DNA of 64,000 nt from the human T2T-CHM13v2.0 reference genome, Homo sapiens. The translations under genes were made by a program, and so were the position numbers. Of this stretch, positions 51,260 through 64,000 are shown in pieces (within the stretch, counting starts at the first letter, position 1; each line of letters opens with the position of its first letter). The stretch lies in assembly GCF_009914755.1 (NCBI RefSeq), contig NC_060925.1; one strand, 5' to 3'. Under the pieces are notes generated by a model. It saw only the letters and a program-made list of their open reading frames with translations. It did no database searches and was not told where the DNA came from.

Positions 51260-51693
51260 CTCTCTCTCTCTTTTTCTCACTTTCTTTCTTTCTTATTTTT
51301 TTTTTAGAGGAATGTCACTCTGTAGTCCAGGCTGGAGTGCAGTAGCACAATATCGGTTCACTGCAACCTCCACCTCCCTGGCTCAAGCAATTCTTGTGCC
51401 TCACCACACCCCCAAACCCCGTCCGGCAGAGTAGCTGGGACTACAGCCGCATGCCACCACGCCTGGTTAGTTTTTTTTTTTTTTTTTTTGACTGAGTCTC
51501 GCTCTGTCCCCCAGGTTGGAGTGCAGTGGCGCGATCTCGGCTCATTGCAAGCTCCGCCTCCCGGGAATTTTTGTATTTTTAGTAGAAACTGGGTTTCACC
51601 ATGTTGGCCAGACCAGTCTCAAACTCCTGCCCTCAAGTAATCCTACCGCCTCTGCCTCCCAAAATGCTGGGATTAGAGCCACCACGCCTGGCC
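51260..51693 (-). mobile_element. Old Alu (AluJ-like) interrupted in its central linker
   Basis: Right arm ~51305-51470, left arm 51566-51693, CT-rich decayed tail; TSD TGCTCTTT at 51252 and 51694. Confidence 0.8.
51471..51565 (-). mobile_element. 5'-truncated AluY fragment nested in the older Alu
   Basis: T19 tail plus GAGTCTCGCTCTGT..GCGCGATCTCGGCTCA.TGCAAGCTCCGCCTCCCGGG (AluY-type GCAAGCTCC, CpG-rich). Confidence 0.8.
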
Positions 51694-52391
51694 TGCTCTT
51701 TTTCTGCTGCTACAGGAAAGCAGCCCACTGCTTTCCTTAAAGGCCAGCATCCCTTCTTTGTGGGTTCCTCAAGCCTCTGTGTTTTAAAAGTGTGCCTGAT
51801 GGTGTCCTGGAGACTTATTTAATTAGCCTACAATGAGTAGAGTCACTGCATCTCTCTCTAATTTCACATTCTGTGATATTAAGTTAGTAACTTGAAAAAT
51901 CTGCCACAAAAATTTGCAAATACTCAAAATATCAGGTTTTTGTTTTGTTTTGTTTTTTTGTTTTTTGAGAAACAGTTTACCAGCACATTATTGAGTAGAA
52001 ATACTCAGTTTGTGGCTAAAGGAGACCCTAGAACTCCATAATAGGATGCTAAAACAGCTATAAAGTTTGATTATTTTTCTATATACTCTAGTATCCTGAT
52101 CATACAGACTAGTTAGAAAAGGTGATAGGCTAAGAGTAAGAAGGGAAACATAGTCATCTTTTAAATGGTCCTTTCCATGGTATTTATTAGTTCCTTCAGT
52201 GTAAAAGAAAAAAGTCCTATTTTATATCTTGGTACAAATTACAGACTTAATTATGGATGTGGAAGGAAATGTATAGCTTATCAATTAAAAGAAATTTAAA
52301 GAATAGTTAACAAACTTTTGAAACTTTGGCGGTAGAATGGAAGAGCATAAGAGGAAGACTTACACATGTTACAAAGTTAGGCGTCAAAGAC

Positions 52392-52760
52392 AAAAAAAAA
52401 GGAATGAGATCATGTCCTCTGCAGGGACATGGATGAAGCTGGAAGCCATTATCCTCAGCAAACTAATTCAGGAACAGAAAACGAAACACCACATGTTCTT
52501 ACTTGTAAGCGGGAGCTGAACAATGCCAACACATGGACACATGATGGGGAAAAAGACACGTTGGAGCCAGCTGAGGTGGTGGTGGGAGGGAGAGCATCAG
52601 GAAGAATAGCTGATAAATACTGGGCTTAATACCTAGGAAATGGGTTGACCTGTGCAGCAAACTACCATGGCACACACTTACCTATGTAACAAACCTGCAT
52701 ATCCTGCACGTGTATCCCAGAACTTAAAATAAAAGTTGAAGAAAGAAAATAAAGAAAAAA
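52392..52760 (+). mobile_element. 5'-truncated L1 3' end (L1PA11/12-like)
   Basis: GGAATGAGATCATGTCC..GGGAGAGCATCAGGAAGAATAGC..CCCAGAACTTAAAATAAAAGTTG followed by an A-rich tail. Confidence 0.88.
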
Positions 52761-53305
52761 CACATGAAATTTTAAAAATTACATTTTTTGAAAGGATGAA
52801 ATATTTTTAATTTTAAAAATTAAATATTTATAATATGCTTTAGAGTATGACCTTTGCGACCATTTAAACATATAGTTAAAGCTTTCAGTTTCTAATTTAC
52901 AAGGGTATGAGGGAGTATTTTAAAAGTTATTTTTATGGTCTATGAGATCAAAAAATGTTTGGTGAGCCAAAGCACTTTTTAAAAAATTACAGAAGTTTAA
53001 ATATGATGTTAAATATAAATGTAAGGAAAATGAAAAGATGGGTTGAGTCAAGCTAAATTTTGATCTATTATTCTAAAAAAACAATTTCTAATGTCTTAAA
53101 AAATCTCAAGAAACAATGACATAAGCATATTATACGCAGCTATGAGGTCATCTCTTAGAAAACATAAACCGTTGAAATAATTCAATGTAATTTTCCTCTG
53201 GGGAGTAAGATTGGGTGTTGGGAATTTTGAGGCAGGGTGAATTTAACTGTTATATAATAAACCCTTTATTAATAGATATTTTAACCATATTCATATACTA
53301 TTTTG

Positions 53306-53695
53306 TGTCTCAGTTTATTTTGTGCTACTATAACAAAAATACTTAAGACTGGATAATTTATAAAGAAAAGAAATGCACTCTCTCTCAGTTCTGGAGGCTG
53401 GAAAGTTCAAGATCATGGCACTGGTATCCGGCGTGGATGCTTCTTACTGTGTCCTCATGTGGCAGAAGGTGGAAGGGCAAAAAAAGATAAACTTTGTGTC
53501 CCTGCATGGCAGAAGAACAGAAGAGAGAGAGAATCTATTCCAGTGTGCCCCTTTTTACAGCAGCTTTAATTGATACATGAGGGTGAAACTCTCATGACCT
53601 ATACACTTCTCATCAGGCCTTACCTTCCAACACTGTCTCATGGTGGATGCAGTGTTCAACTCATGAATATTGAGGGACACATTCAGATCATAGCA
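53306..53695. mobile_element. MaLR solo LTR (MST/MLT1A-like)
   Basis: TGTCTCAGTT..TGCTACTATAACAAAA..CAGTTCTGGAGGCTGGAAAGTTCAAGATCA..GGGACACATTCAGATCATAGCA; TSD TTTTG/CTTTG. Confidence 0.85.
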
Positions 53696-55437
53696 CTTTG
53701 GAAAAATATATATTATTTTTAAGTTTAAGAAAGACATTTATTCTTCCTATGTTGATAGCAGTATATTGAGGAAGAGGTACAATTAAGTCAGAAAACGAAG
53801 TACAGCATGAAAAGAGGTATAATGGGTGAAGGATAACGTGGAAGAAATACTAACCTAATACTAATTAGAGAGTCAGGAATGGCTGCACAAAGAAAGTGAT
53901 GCTTAAACTTAAACCTCAACAATAAATATAGCTTAGTAAGTGAAGTAGAACAGGAAAGAAGAAAATATTAATTTTATTTAGAAGATTATCAAAAGCATTT
54001 ATGATTTACTTGGAATAAACACCTCACAGAAGCCAAAGAGTCAGTTTTGCCACTCTAGAGAACAGGAGAGGGAGAACTATGGAAGAACACAATTATTGGC
54101 AGAATTGAGATGGAAAATATTACTTCATAGTTGTATAAATCTGAGAAATTTTGAGATTTTCTCCAGTGTTCTTAAGCTAGTACAGTGTTACACAAGCCCT
54201 GAGAATGTTTTTAATGGAGTGTGGGTGAGCAGGAAGGGAAGAGAGTAAAGGTTTGTGGAAAGAAGTAAAGAAGTTCAGGAAGTAAGTTCCAGAAATCCCT
54301 GGATGACTAATGCAACCTGTTGGTGAATGGGAAGGTGAGGCTAAAGAATAGGGGCTTCAAGTTATTATATCAAAGAAAAGAAAAAGCAATATTAGGTAAT
54401 AACAAGAATCAAGAAACAAATGAAGTTATAGAGAAGACGAAGATACTAGAAGATGAAGAGGCTAAGCAATTGGTATGCTAAACCAAATTTTTTAAATTGG
54501 TTAAATTTTTCATTTAGAAAAATTCTAAATTTTTCATTTAGAAAAAGGCATAAATTTAGGAAATAGCTATTTCCAAAGGAGTCTCTATACCATTAAAAAC
54601 TCATATGTTTGTAAATAAGTAGATCTTAATTTCATCAGAATACCATTGCTAATAATTACTGAAGTGTAATAAAGCAATGCCTCTTGCTAGGTGCACTGAA
54701 TTTAGCACCTATATTCATGCCCATATGGGACCCAGGTGATCTGCAGTTTAGTTACCTATAAGATTTTTTTTTAACTTTTGTATACTTAAGTGTCAAACTT
54801 ATCTTTTAACAAAGATGGATATTAACACATTCTCATTAGATCACTTTTGTGTATGATGGTCATTCGGCTTGAGTTCTAATTAAATTCATTCCTCTTCTTC
54901 CATTGTTAAAGGTTTCCAAAGAAAATTTCTTTATCAAGATACTTGTATGCTGATATGTTTAGTCATTTCTTTTAGTTGCAAATGAGAAGATTTTAAACAC
55001 TCACTGAAACATTTTCATTCATCCACAAGAAAAAAAATGTGCAAGGTGCTTTGTTATTTGACAGAATAAGTTGTTCTTAGTCTTATGTGCCAGTTAAAAT
55101 GTGAAAGCTCTTTCCTAGTGTCTTTTTTCCTTAAATCTAGGATTAGCAATTTTAATTTGAACTGTTACATTCATAGACCTTCAACTGGCAGAAAACAGCT
55201 GTGGAATAGATGACAGAAGTTAGTACATTTTTTTGCAGATATATTTTAAAGATATTTAACAACTGAATAAAATATTTTTATGAATAAGGAGACTATTTCT
55301 TGTAGTTATTTTTTCTGAACTAAAGATGTTTTCTCTTTAAATTTTTTAAAAACAAAATAATAGTAACAGTAAATAAAATTTCATTTTTTGTCCTCACACT
55401 CCTAATTGTTAGGTCTGTTATATAACCCAGACAAAAC

Positions 55438-55962
55438 TGAGGTAGGAGACCAGCAAGGCTTATTTCCTGGTCCTGACAGGATGAAGTTAAAACAAACAAA
55501 CAAACAAACAAACAAACATCCTGGCAGGAACAAGCAGATGGTGATGAAAGTAATTCCTAGTTGCTTGCATTTCTCATTAGCATAAAAGACTCCCACCAGC
55601 ACTATGACAGCTTAAAAATGCTGTGGCAATGACCAGGAAGTTATTATCCCTTTCTGTGGCAATGACCCATAAATTATTGCCCTTTTCCTTGAAAGTGCTA
55701 AATAACCCACTCCTCAATTTGCCTCTTAATTTGCATGTAATTGAAAGTACGTATAAGTGGGTATAAATACAGTTGTTAACAGCCCATAAGTTTTGGACTC
55801 TGGGTCCACTGTCTATGAGTTAGCCTGTTTCACAAGGAGCAGCACTGTTCAATACAAGATTGCTATCTAACACCATCAGCTTGCCCTTGAATTCTTCCCT
55901 GGGTGAAGCCAAGAGCTCTCTGGGGCTAAGCCCCAATTTTGGAACTCGCCTGTCCTGCATTA
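55438..55962 (+). mobile_element. ERV1 solo LTR (MER66-like)
   Basis: Starts TGAGGTAGGAGACCAGCA; contains CTCATTAGCATAAAAGACTCCCACCAGC and TATAAATA; ends GGGCTAAGCCCCAATTTTGG..CCTGTCCTGCAT. Confidence 0.75.
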
Positions 55963-56877
55963 AAGTCATAGTCCTACTGCACTAAAACATCATGTGTTCA
56001 ATTATGGATTTAGAGAGTATGTTCTAGGTGCCGAAGTTACTATGCTCGGTCAAAATTGATTAGATACAAAATTTTTATTACATCTCTATTAAAAGTTTTA
56101 AAGGTTTTCTTTCTGTTAAATATGGAGAACTTTGTGTCACCGAAGGATTAAATATGTGAGAAAAATATTATATCTGTTCATTTTTAATCTCCATTGATTT
56201 ACAGATATTTTATCCAAAGCTATTTATAAACTATAACCCTGAACCAACATATCTTATTTTCAGAAAATAAACCATTGTGAGTATCATCTGCATCATCATT
56301 TTATTGAAACCACCCTTTCGAGTTCCCTTCAAATCCTGTATGAGTACACATTCTCTCATTCTCATGCTCCCCAAATTTCATATGAAATGTGGTTCTACCT
56401 AAGCACCTTGGCTTAATAAGTTTTTTTCTTTCTACACTATGCAATACCCTCCTCCCCCTATTACCACCTAAACTCTTCTCCATCTGGAAAATAACTAGTT
56501 GCACTTTCTTTAAGTCACATCCTTTGGAAAGCTTTTCTTGATCCATCCCTATTGCCCTCACCATTAGGTAATATTGATAGTTTTTTGGCTGACACTCACA
56601 TAACTTTTACTAATTATGTGAATTAGTCATGTCTATTAGTTAGCTGAGTTACCATGTTTAATTTATTGTATTTATTATACTCTAATAGATGACTAGAGGA
56701 ACCAGAAATGGTTAATCTTTCTTGGCCTTAATTCACTCTTCTATTAAAGAGGAAATTAAGGTTAGTAGCTCCCAACTCAAGTTGCTGTGCTGATCAAAGT
56801 GCTCACAGTAATAGTCATATAATAATGACTCCATAAATGCTTTTTCTTATTGCTGATGTGGTGTTGTTTTTGGTCAT

Positions 56878-56952
56878 TACTATTAGTAGTAGTATAGCAG
56901 TAGTAGTAGTGTAGTAATGTAATGGTGGTAGTAATTGTAGTTATAATAGTAG
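56878..56952. repeat. Degenerate (TAG)n trinucleotide tract
   Basis: Read directly; it explains the poly-Thr/Tyr ORF 56777..57007. Confidence 0.75.
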
Positions 56953-58414
56953 TTTTATGTTCTAGAGGGCAGGGACAGAGTTCTAGTAGTTTATTTAAAC
57001 CCAGCACCTAGTCCAATTCCGATAACATACATAACTAAATAATAATTTTCTTTAAAAATGAGCTATTGAATTCATTATTAAACTTGAAATGCATGTTGGG
57101 TGACTTTCTCAGGGTTATTTCCTACCCTACAAGTTTTATAGTTATGCTAGCTGGCTCGTGTTGACAAATGATGAAAACACAAAATAACATAAAAGCCACA
57201 GAAGAGTTAGTACAAATTTCAGCATAAACACTAGCAGGAAGTGCCCCAAAATTTTGCTTTGGAAATAAGGGAATGATTCAGAGAAGTGACATTTGCTCTT
57301 TAATGCTGCTGAGCAAATATCTCCAGTAATGAGGTATAGAGATATCCATTTTTAAACAATCTTTTAAACCCAGTATAATTTATGTAACTAACATTTGGAA
57401 ACCATTAGTGTAGAAGAAATGGGAAGCTATTATCAGTTTCTCACACCACATTGTACATCTCCTTGCAAAAACTTTACTGGGATAAATAGTAAGGTGATAA
57501 GGTAAAAACTCCAGAAGCCCCAGGTGTGAGTATCCACAGCATGGGAAATAAATTAACACCTAGAAAAGCACATTACTACCTTCTCTATTTTGTGTGAAAT
57601 TGGCTTTCTTAATGACAGATCAAGTAATATTTATTGTTAGCATCAAATATTTATAAAGCATGTTTTAATTTATGTTTACTGTATGACAAAAACAAAAGTA
57701 AATAAAAGTAGGCTGATCTATTGAAAAATAGTCTCTGAAACACAAGACTGTGAAATCCCCAGTGAAAATACAGATCATAAGAAAACTTCATTAAGTAGTA
57801 ATTTTCAGCTGTTTGCAAAATTAGTAAGGTAAAGTTGAGGTAGGGATGGGGAGTTTCCACAAGTTTCAGAGGCTCTCCTGTTGAGGGATTTAGAACAGGA
57901 TTAGTGTCACAGCCATCATATCATAGGGAGGCTCATAATTAACTGGAAACAAACATGAGATTAAGCTATATAAGGTATGTAATTTTTTAGAAAACTTGTA
58001 CTTGTGAGTTGGCAATCTTTTTGCTTGTTAGCAAATGGAACATAGTTTTTAATAAGGGCATTAGCTTAAATCACACATAAAACAGTCTTAGGTTTAAGTA
58101 AGCTTGATAAAGTATTGAAGACTGAAGAGGAAATACTGACTGTTCATTCCACCTTAATACAAGGGCACCCAGAAGACAAGGACATTTGAAATAGCAAAAA
58201 CAAAAGAAAAGACCTTCTGAGAGCCAAAACAGCCAGAGATACGTCAACACCAGAGCAGTCAGGACCTTGCGAACAACTATGTAAAAACCAAGCCTTTAAA
58301 TAGAAAAAAAGCTTGATAAAAGTCTGAGTTAATTTTGGAGAAACAAAAAAAGCAAATATATTAAAAGTTTTAAAGTTTATCAGAACATATCCATTTGTCT
58401 ATAAGTAATCGATT

Positions 58415-59600
58415 TTTCTTAACTTTTTATTGAAATACAATATATAGTCAGATATATATAGAAATCATATTAAACAGCTTGAGAAATTTTCACCAGAAAT
58501 GAAAAAAAAAATCTAGATAAAGAACCCATTAGATAATGAAATGTAGCATTACCGGAATTCTAGAAGTATACCTTGTAACCCCTTTTAAACACCACTCCAA
58601 CAAGGGTAATTTTTATTTCTCTTGCATCTGGAAACAAAAGTTTGTTTGGAATCCTATAGGATGTACTCTTTTTGTTCTAATTTCTTTCATTCAATAATAT
58701 ACTTGTAAAATTCAAACATCATATTGCATATAGTTGTAGTTAATTCCTTTTCATTGCTATGTAGAATTCCATCATCACATAAACAGCATAATTTATGTAT
58801 CCAATCAACTATTGAAGATCACTTGAGTATTTTCTAGTTTTAGAGTATTACTCTTGGTAGTGCCATGACCATTCTGATATGTGTCTGTTGATGAAATGCC
58901 TGTTGATGAACATTATTTATATGGTAAATATATACATAGAATATATTCTGATATATACCTAGGAGTAGAATTGTAGGAATATAGAGTATGCATATATTCA
59001 ACTTTGGTGGATACCACCAAATAGTTTTACAAAGTGGTTGAACTTTCCGTAAAACAGTAGAGAGTTCCAGTAGCTCAAATCCTTGCCAACATTTGGTATT
59101 TTCCATGATTTTTAAAATTTTATTAAAAAATTTTAGTGGTTGCTTTCATGCAATTTAACTTGCATTTTCTTAATGACTGATACAATTTAGAACCTTTCCA
59201 TATGCTTATTGGTCATTTGGATATGCTATGCTATACTTAAAAACTGTTCAAGTATTTAGCATTTTTGCTATTGAGCAGAGCTCTTTAGGCGGCCTGAATA
59301 TGACTCCTCTGTTAGAAGAAGGTATTGTAATACCTTCTCCCACTCTGTGGACTGCATTATATTTTTAGTGGTTTCATGTGATGAACAGAAGTCCTTAATC
59401 TTAATACTGTTCAGTACACCATTGTTTTCATTTATATCAAGCCCAAAACTTCCTTTGTGTTTCTTTGTAACTAATCACTCCCCCATCCACCACCTCTGGC
59501 AACCACTGTCAGGGGTTTGTGTCAATGGTTCTAATTTCTGTCACTATAGTTTTGCCTTTCCAGAATGTCATGCACATAGGATAATAAAACTTTCAGCCTT
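58415..59600 (-). mobile_element. Ancient L1M (L1ME/MD-like) 3' region
   Basis: ATATATACCTAGGAGTAGAATTG, CCTTGCCAACATTTGGTATT, TTTCCATATGCTTATTGGTCATTTG; ORF 58840..59106 resembles the ORF2 C-terminus (NTKCWQG..VQPLCKTIW). Confidence 0.75.
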
Positions 59601-60113
59601 CTGTATCTTGATTCTTTGGTTTCTCTTTTTCTACTCTTTCTCTATGCAACTTTAAAATTCAGTAAACTATTCATTTTTATTTTGATTTTCTTCATTCTAA
59701 AAGAAAATTGCTGATTTTCATTCCAATTTTTTGTATATTTTTATTACTACATTATCAGCTTATAAAAGATTGCATTTAATGAAGATATGCATTCTTGGAG
59801 GGAAAGTATGGGTATACTTACTTATTGGAGTGATAAACACTTTTTTTTAATAACATGCCGTAGCTATATTGAAAGCTATATGAATTGTCTCTGACTGAAG
59901 GGGATAGGCATCAGCCAAAACACCATAATACTGCAGATGAGGTGATTACTGGTTCTGTTTTTGCATATTTATATACATTCGTGTCTTATTAGTTTCTAAC
60001 ATATTTGCCAATATTTTTATTCTCAAAACCAGGGAAAATCTGAATCAAATTAAGAAATATCTTCAGCAGAATATATTTGCTTCAGATTTTTCTATAAAGA
60101 AGGGCCTAGGGGA

Positions 60114-60528
<415 letters not shown>

Positions 60529-60647
60529 CTAGGGGAGGGGCTCCTAAAAATACTATAATTAATCATATAATTATGTGTCACTCATCTCAAGTCTAAAGAA
60601 AACTCTTCAAAAAAGGAAGGAGGAAAGCTCACATGACAGATAGTATA

Positions 60648-61300
60648 CTGTAGATACTCATTATTTGTGAATTCCATATTTGCAGATTTGCCTATGTACT
60701 AAAATTTTTTGTAACCCCAAAATCAACACTTGAGGTGGCTTTTGGTAATTCACAGAATGTGCACAGGTACAATAGAAAAAGAAATTGTTGTCAGACAGGC
60801 ATGTTCCCAGATAAGGTGAAACAAGCAATGCTCTGCCTTCTGGTTTTAGCTCTCATACTGTAAACAAGTGTCCTTTAGATGGTATATTTAGTGCTACTTT
60901 TTTTTCTTTGCATTTCTGTGTTCTTTGTTGGTGATCTTGCTATTTAAAATGCCCCCCAAACTAAAGTGCTGTTTAGTGTCCTTAAGCCTAAGAAAGCTGT
61001 GATATGCCTAATGAGGAAAGTACATGTGTTAGATAAACTACGTTCAGGCATGAGTTACAGTGTTACTGATCATTTTCAATGTTAATGAATCAATGGTATA
61101 TATTTAAAATACATATTTAAACAGAAACACACCAAAAAGCAGTTATGTATTGGTTAGTTGATGTCAATGTTGTGATCAAAGGCTCACAGGAGCTTAATCC
61201 TATATTTATTTCTCCTAGGGGCAATGATTCAGTATTTGCTAATTCAGTGTTCATGATGAATTTCTAGAATGTAGCTACTGTGAATAATGAGAATCAACTA
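60648..61300 (-). mobile_element. MER82 (TcMar-Tigger) full-length MITE
   Basis: TA flanks; inverted termini CTGTAGATACTCATTATTTGTG / TGTGAATAATGAGAATCAACTA; minus-strand GAACACTGAATTAGCAAATACTGAATCATTGCCCCTAGG matches recalled MER82. Confidence 0.8.
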
Positions 61301-62570
61301 TATTTACAAATATAAACAATTTTTTAAAAACATAAGCAAATGTGTTGTAATTTTAAAAAGTAAAATAAATATGATTTTCAGGGAGAAATTTGTTAACCAG
61401 TAAATAATATATTTAATGAATATTAATGATTGACATCACAATATTAATATACTAATATAATGAGTCCTTTGTGTATAGATGAAGAATTTAAAACTTCAGA
61501 GTATGCTGAATGTCACTTTAGAGCTAATGGTTACTAATTATCTTTTTGTGCGAGCGCCACATAACCATCTATAATGCCTAGGTGATTACAATGATAATAT
61601 TTGTGCAAGTGATATGTATATTTCTAAATAATTTATTACCGAAAACCATATGGTAAGCAAGTATGTACTAAAAATAATTTCAATCTAAGAAGAATGTTGT
61701 CATTTGCTAAAAGTGGGTGATTCATTGATTCATTTCACTAAATTTCAAATATACAACAATAATCTCAATAGTCAATGAAACTTCTGTACTTATTGTATAC
61801 GCACATTTAGTAAGCATGATCTAAGGTCTTCCTTCATCTTAATTTTATGTGTCGAAAGAAATATGTACTTTAACACTGACTGATTGACAGAAGTATTTAC
61901 AAATATTTACTCATGAAGCTGTCACCAAATTCTCTTGCATTCTAAGTTTCCTTTTACCTCCTAAATATTTTTGACATTTTAGAGGTATGTTGGTTGGATG
62001 ATTTACAAACATGTTTGTGTCACTAAGACTGTTTTTAAGTTTTAAAATTTTCTAATCTTTCAAAATGCATTTGTAATTGGGGTGCAATTAGATTATGTAG
62101 CTTAAAATATTTTATTTTTTGATATCACAACATATGATAGTGATCCTTTATTACTTCATATTTCTCAGTACACAGGTCAGAATGTTTGTTTAGAAGTAAA
62201 ATGTGAAGAACAAAAAGTATAATATCACTAATTAGATTAATTTTGATTATATACATGATGTTAAGGGGTATAAATGTATTTATTCCAACCTATGAGATAA
62301 TGGTACCTTTGAAATATTTAAATAATGTTAGAAAAAAACAGACATAATCATCTTTTGTATTGAACAATAAACAAGTCTATTCTAAAATAATAGTCAATAA
62401 TATTTGTTTAACACATTTAGATCTTATCATATTTTTGTTACCTTAAATGTTATATCAATTGTTTATAATTTCATATTTTAATCATATTTCTTCAATATGT
62501 CAGCCATCCTTGATAACAAGGATTTTGGTGTCTGGCAGTCATGTATTCAAAAATCCACATCTGCTACTTA

Positions 62571-62956
<386 letters not shown>

Positions 62957-64000
62957 TTAAGTTTCTATTTCCTCATCTTGTTTATCTCAGTGTATTTCAA
63001 TTATTTATTGACTTGTCTTCCCTAGATTGCAAGCTTCACAGGGGTTGAGAAAAATGCTTGGTTACTTTTTTGCCCAGTCGTGGATTAGCTCCACATATGC
63101 CACAAGTTAAATAATATGCTTATTAGATGGAAATAAAATATAGTGAAGAGGTACTGGAACGTGAGAACAAAAATCAGCTAAGATATTATATTTTGTATGA
63201 GAAATATGATACAATTTGTTATCTCAATAGAATTCTTTTTAAAACATTTTTTAAAAAAGGCTTTGATTTGTATATCTTTCTTACAAGTAACTTTTATCTT
63301 TTTAAGTTTCAGTATGTTATTTAAGAAACTATAGGCATTTAGTATTTTTTATCAAGTTATTAAATAGTAATAGAAATTATTAATCAAACAATTCAGCTTT
63401 CACTTTTAAACTTTACATTTATTGAAAAATTATCAAAAGTAATTTCTTAAGGGAAGCATGTTATTCATTTCACTATTTCTTCTACTGATAATTAAAACCT
63501 ATAAATGCAATTCTTTTAATACTTTTATTTAGTGCAGGAAGTAACACGTAGTTTCATGTAGTGTAAGATGTACACCTTGGGTTTATTTTTATTGCAATGT
63601 GTTAATATATTTTGATGTGTAGGCTATTTATTTGATTATCTTACTAGATTTTCTGTGTTGGCATTGTGATTTACGTTTGCTAGAGAAAATTATAATTTAA
63701 TTTGTCATATATGTTTTTATTTAATGTATATTCTGTGACAGCAAGTGGTAAATTGAACTATTGTCTAAAGCTATACATCAGAAGTCATTATCTTTTGGGT
63801 TTTTGTAGTATTTTTAACAGGACATTTTGGATATGTCATGCTAGTCTGAGTGTCTGACTTTTTATTTCTCTTAACTCTTGTTCATCATAAATTTTAGCGG
63901 ATACAAAGAGAATTCTTGACCTGTTTCTGCTGCACATTTAAGTAACGTGCTTATCACTGAAATTGTCTAAAAAGATTTCACACTTTCCGTCAGAACAGCA

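Overview
AT-rich primate (catarrhine, probably human) non-genic DNA dominated by transposable elements. I recognise no host protein-coding exon or RNA gene. The centrepiece is two same-orientation (minus strand), two-LTR, internally deleted HERV-H/LTR7 proviruses only ~2.3 kb apart (25952-30999, TSD GTTAA; 33308-39111, TSD ATTCC). They integrated independently but look like close sisters, and the two LTRs of the second are discordant. Other elements: a 5'-inverted (twin-primed) L1PA7/8-like element carrying an internal templated duplication, an L1 endonuclease site apparently used twice (L1, then Alu), a truncated AluY nested in an older Alu, and an AluY that appears to carry a 76-bp 3' transduction ending at a Pol III terminator. 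Older LINE, LTR and DNA-transposon fossils and microsatellites fill much of the rest. Subfamily names come from recalled consensus sequences and difference counts were made by eye; both need confirmation by alignment.
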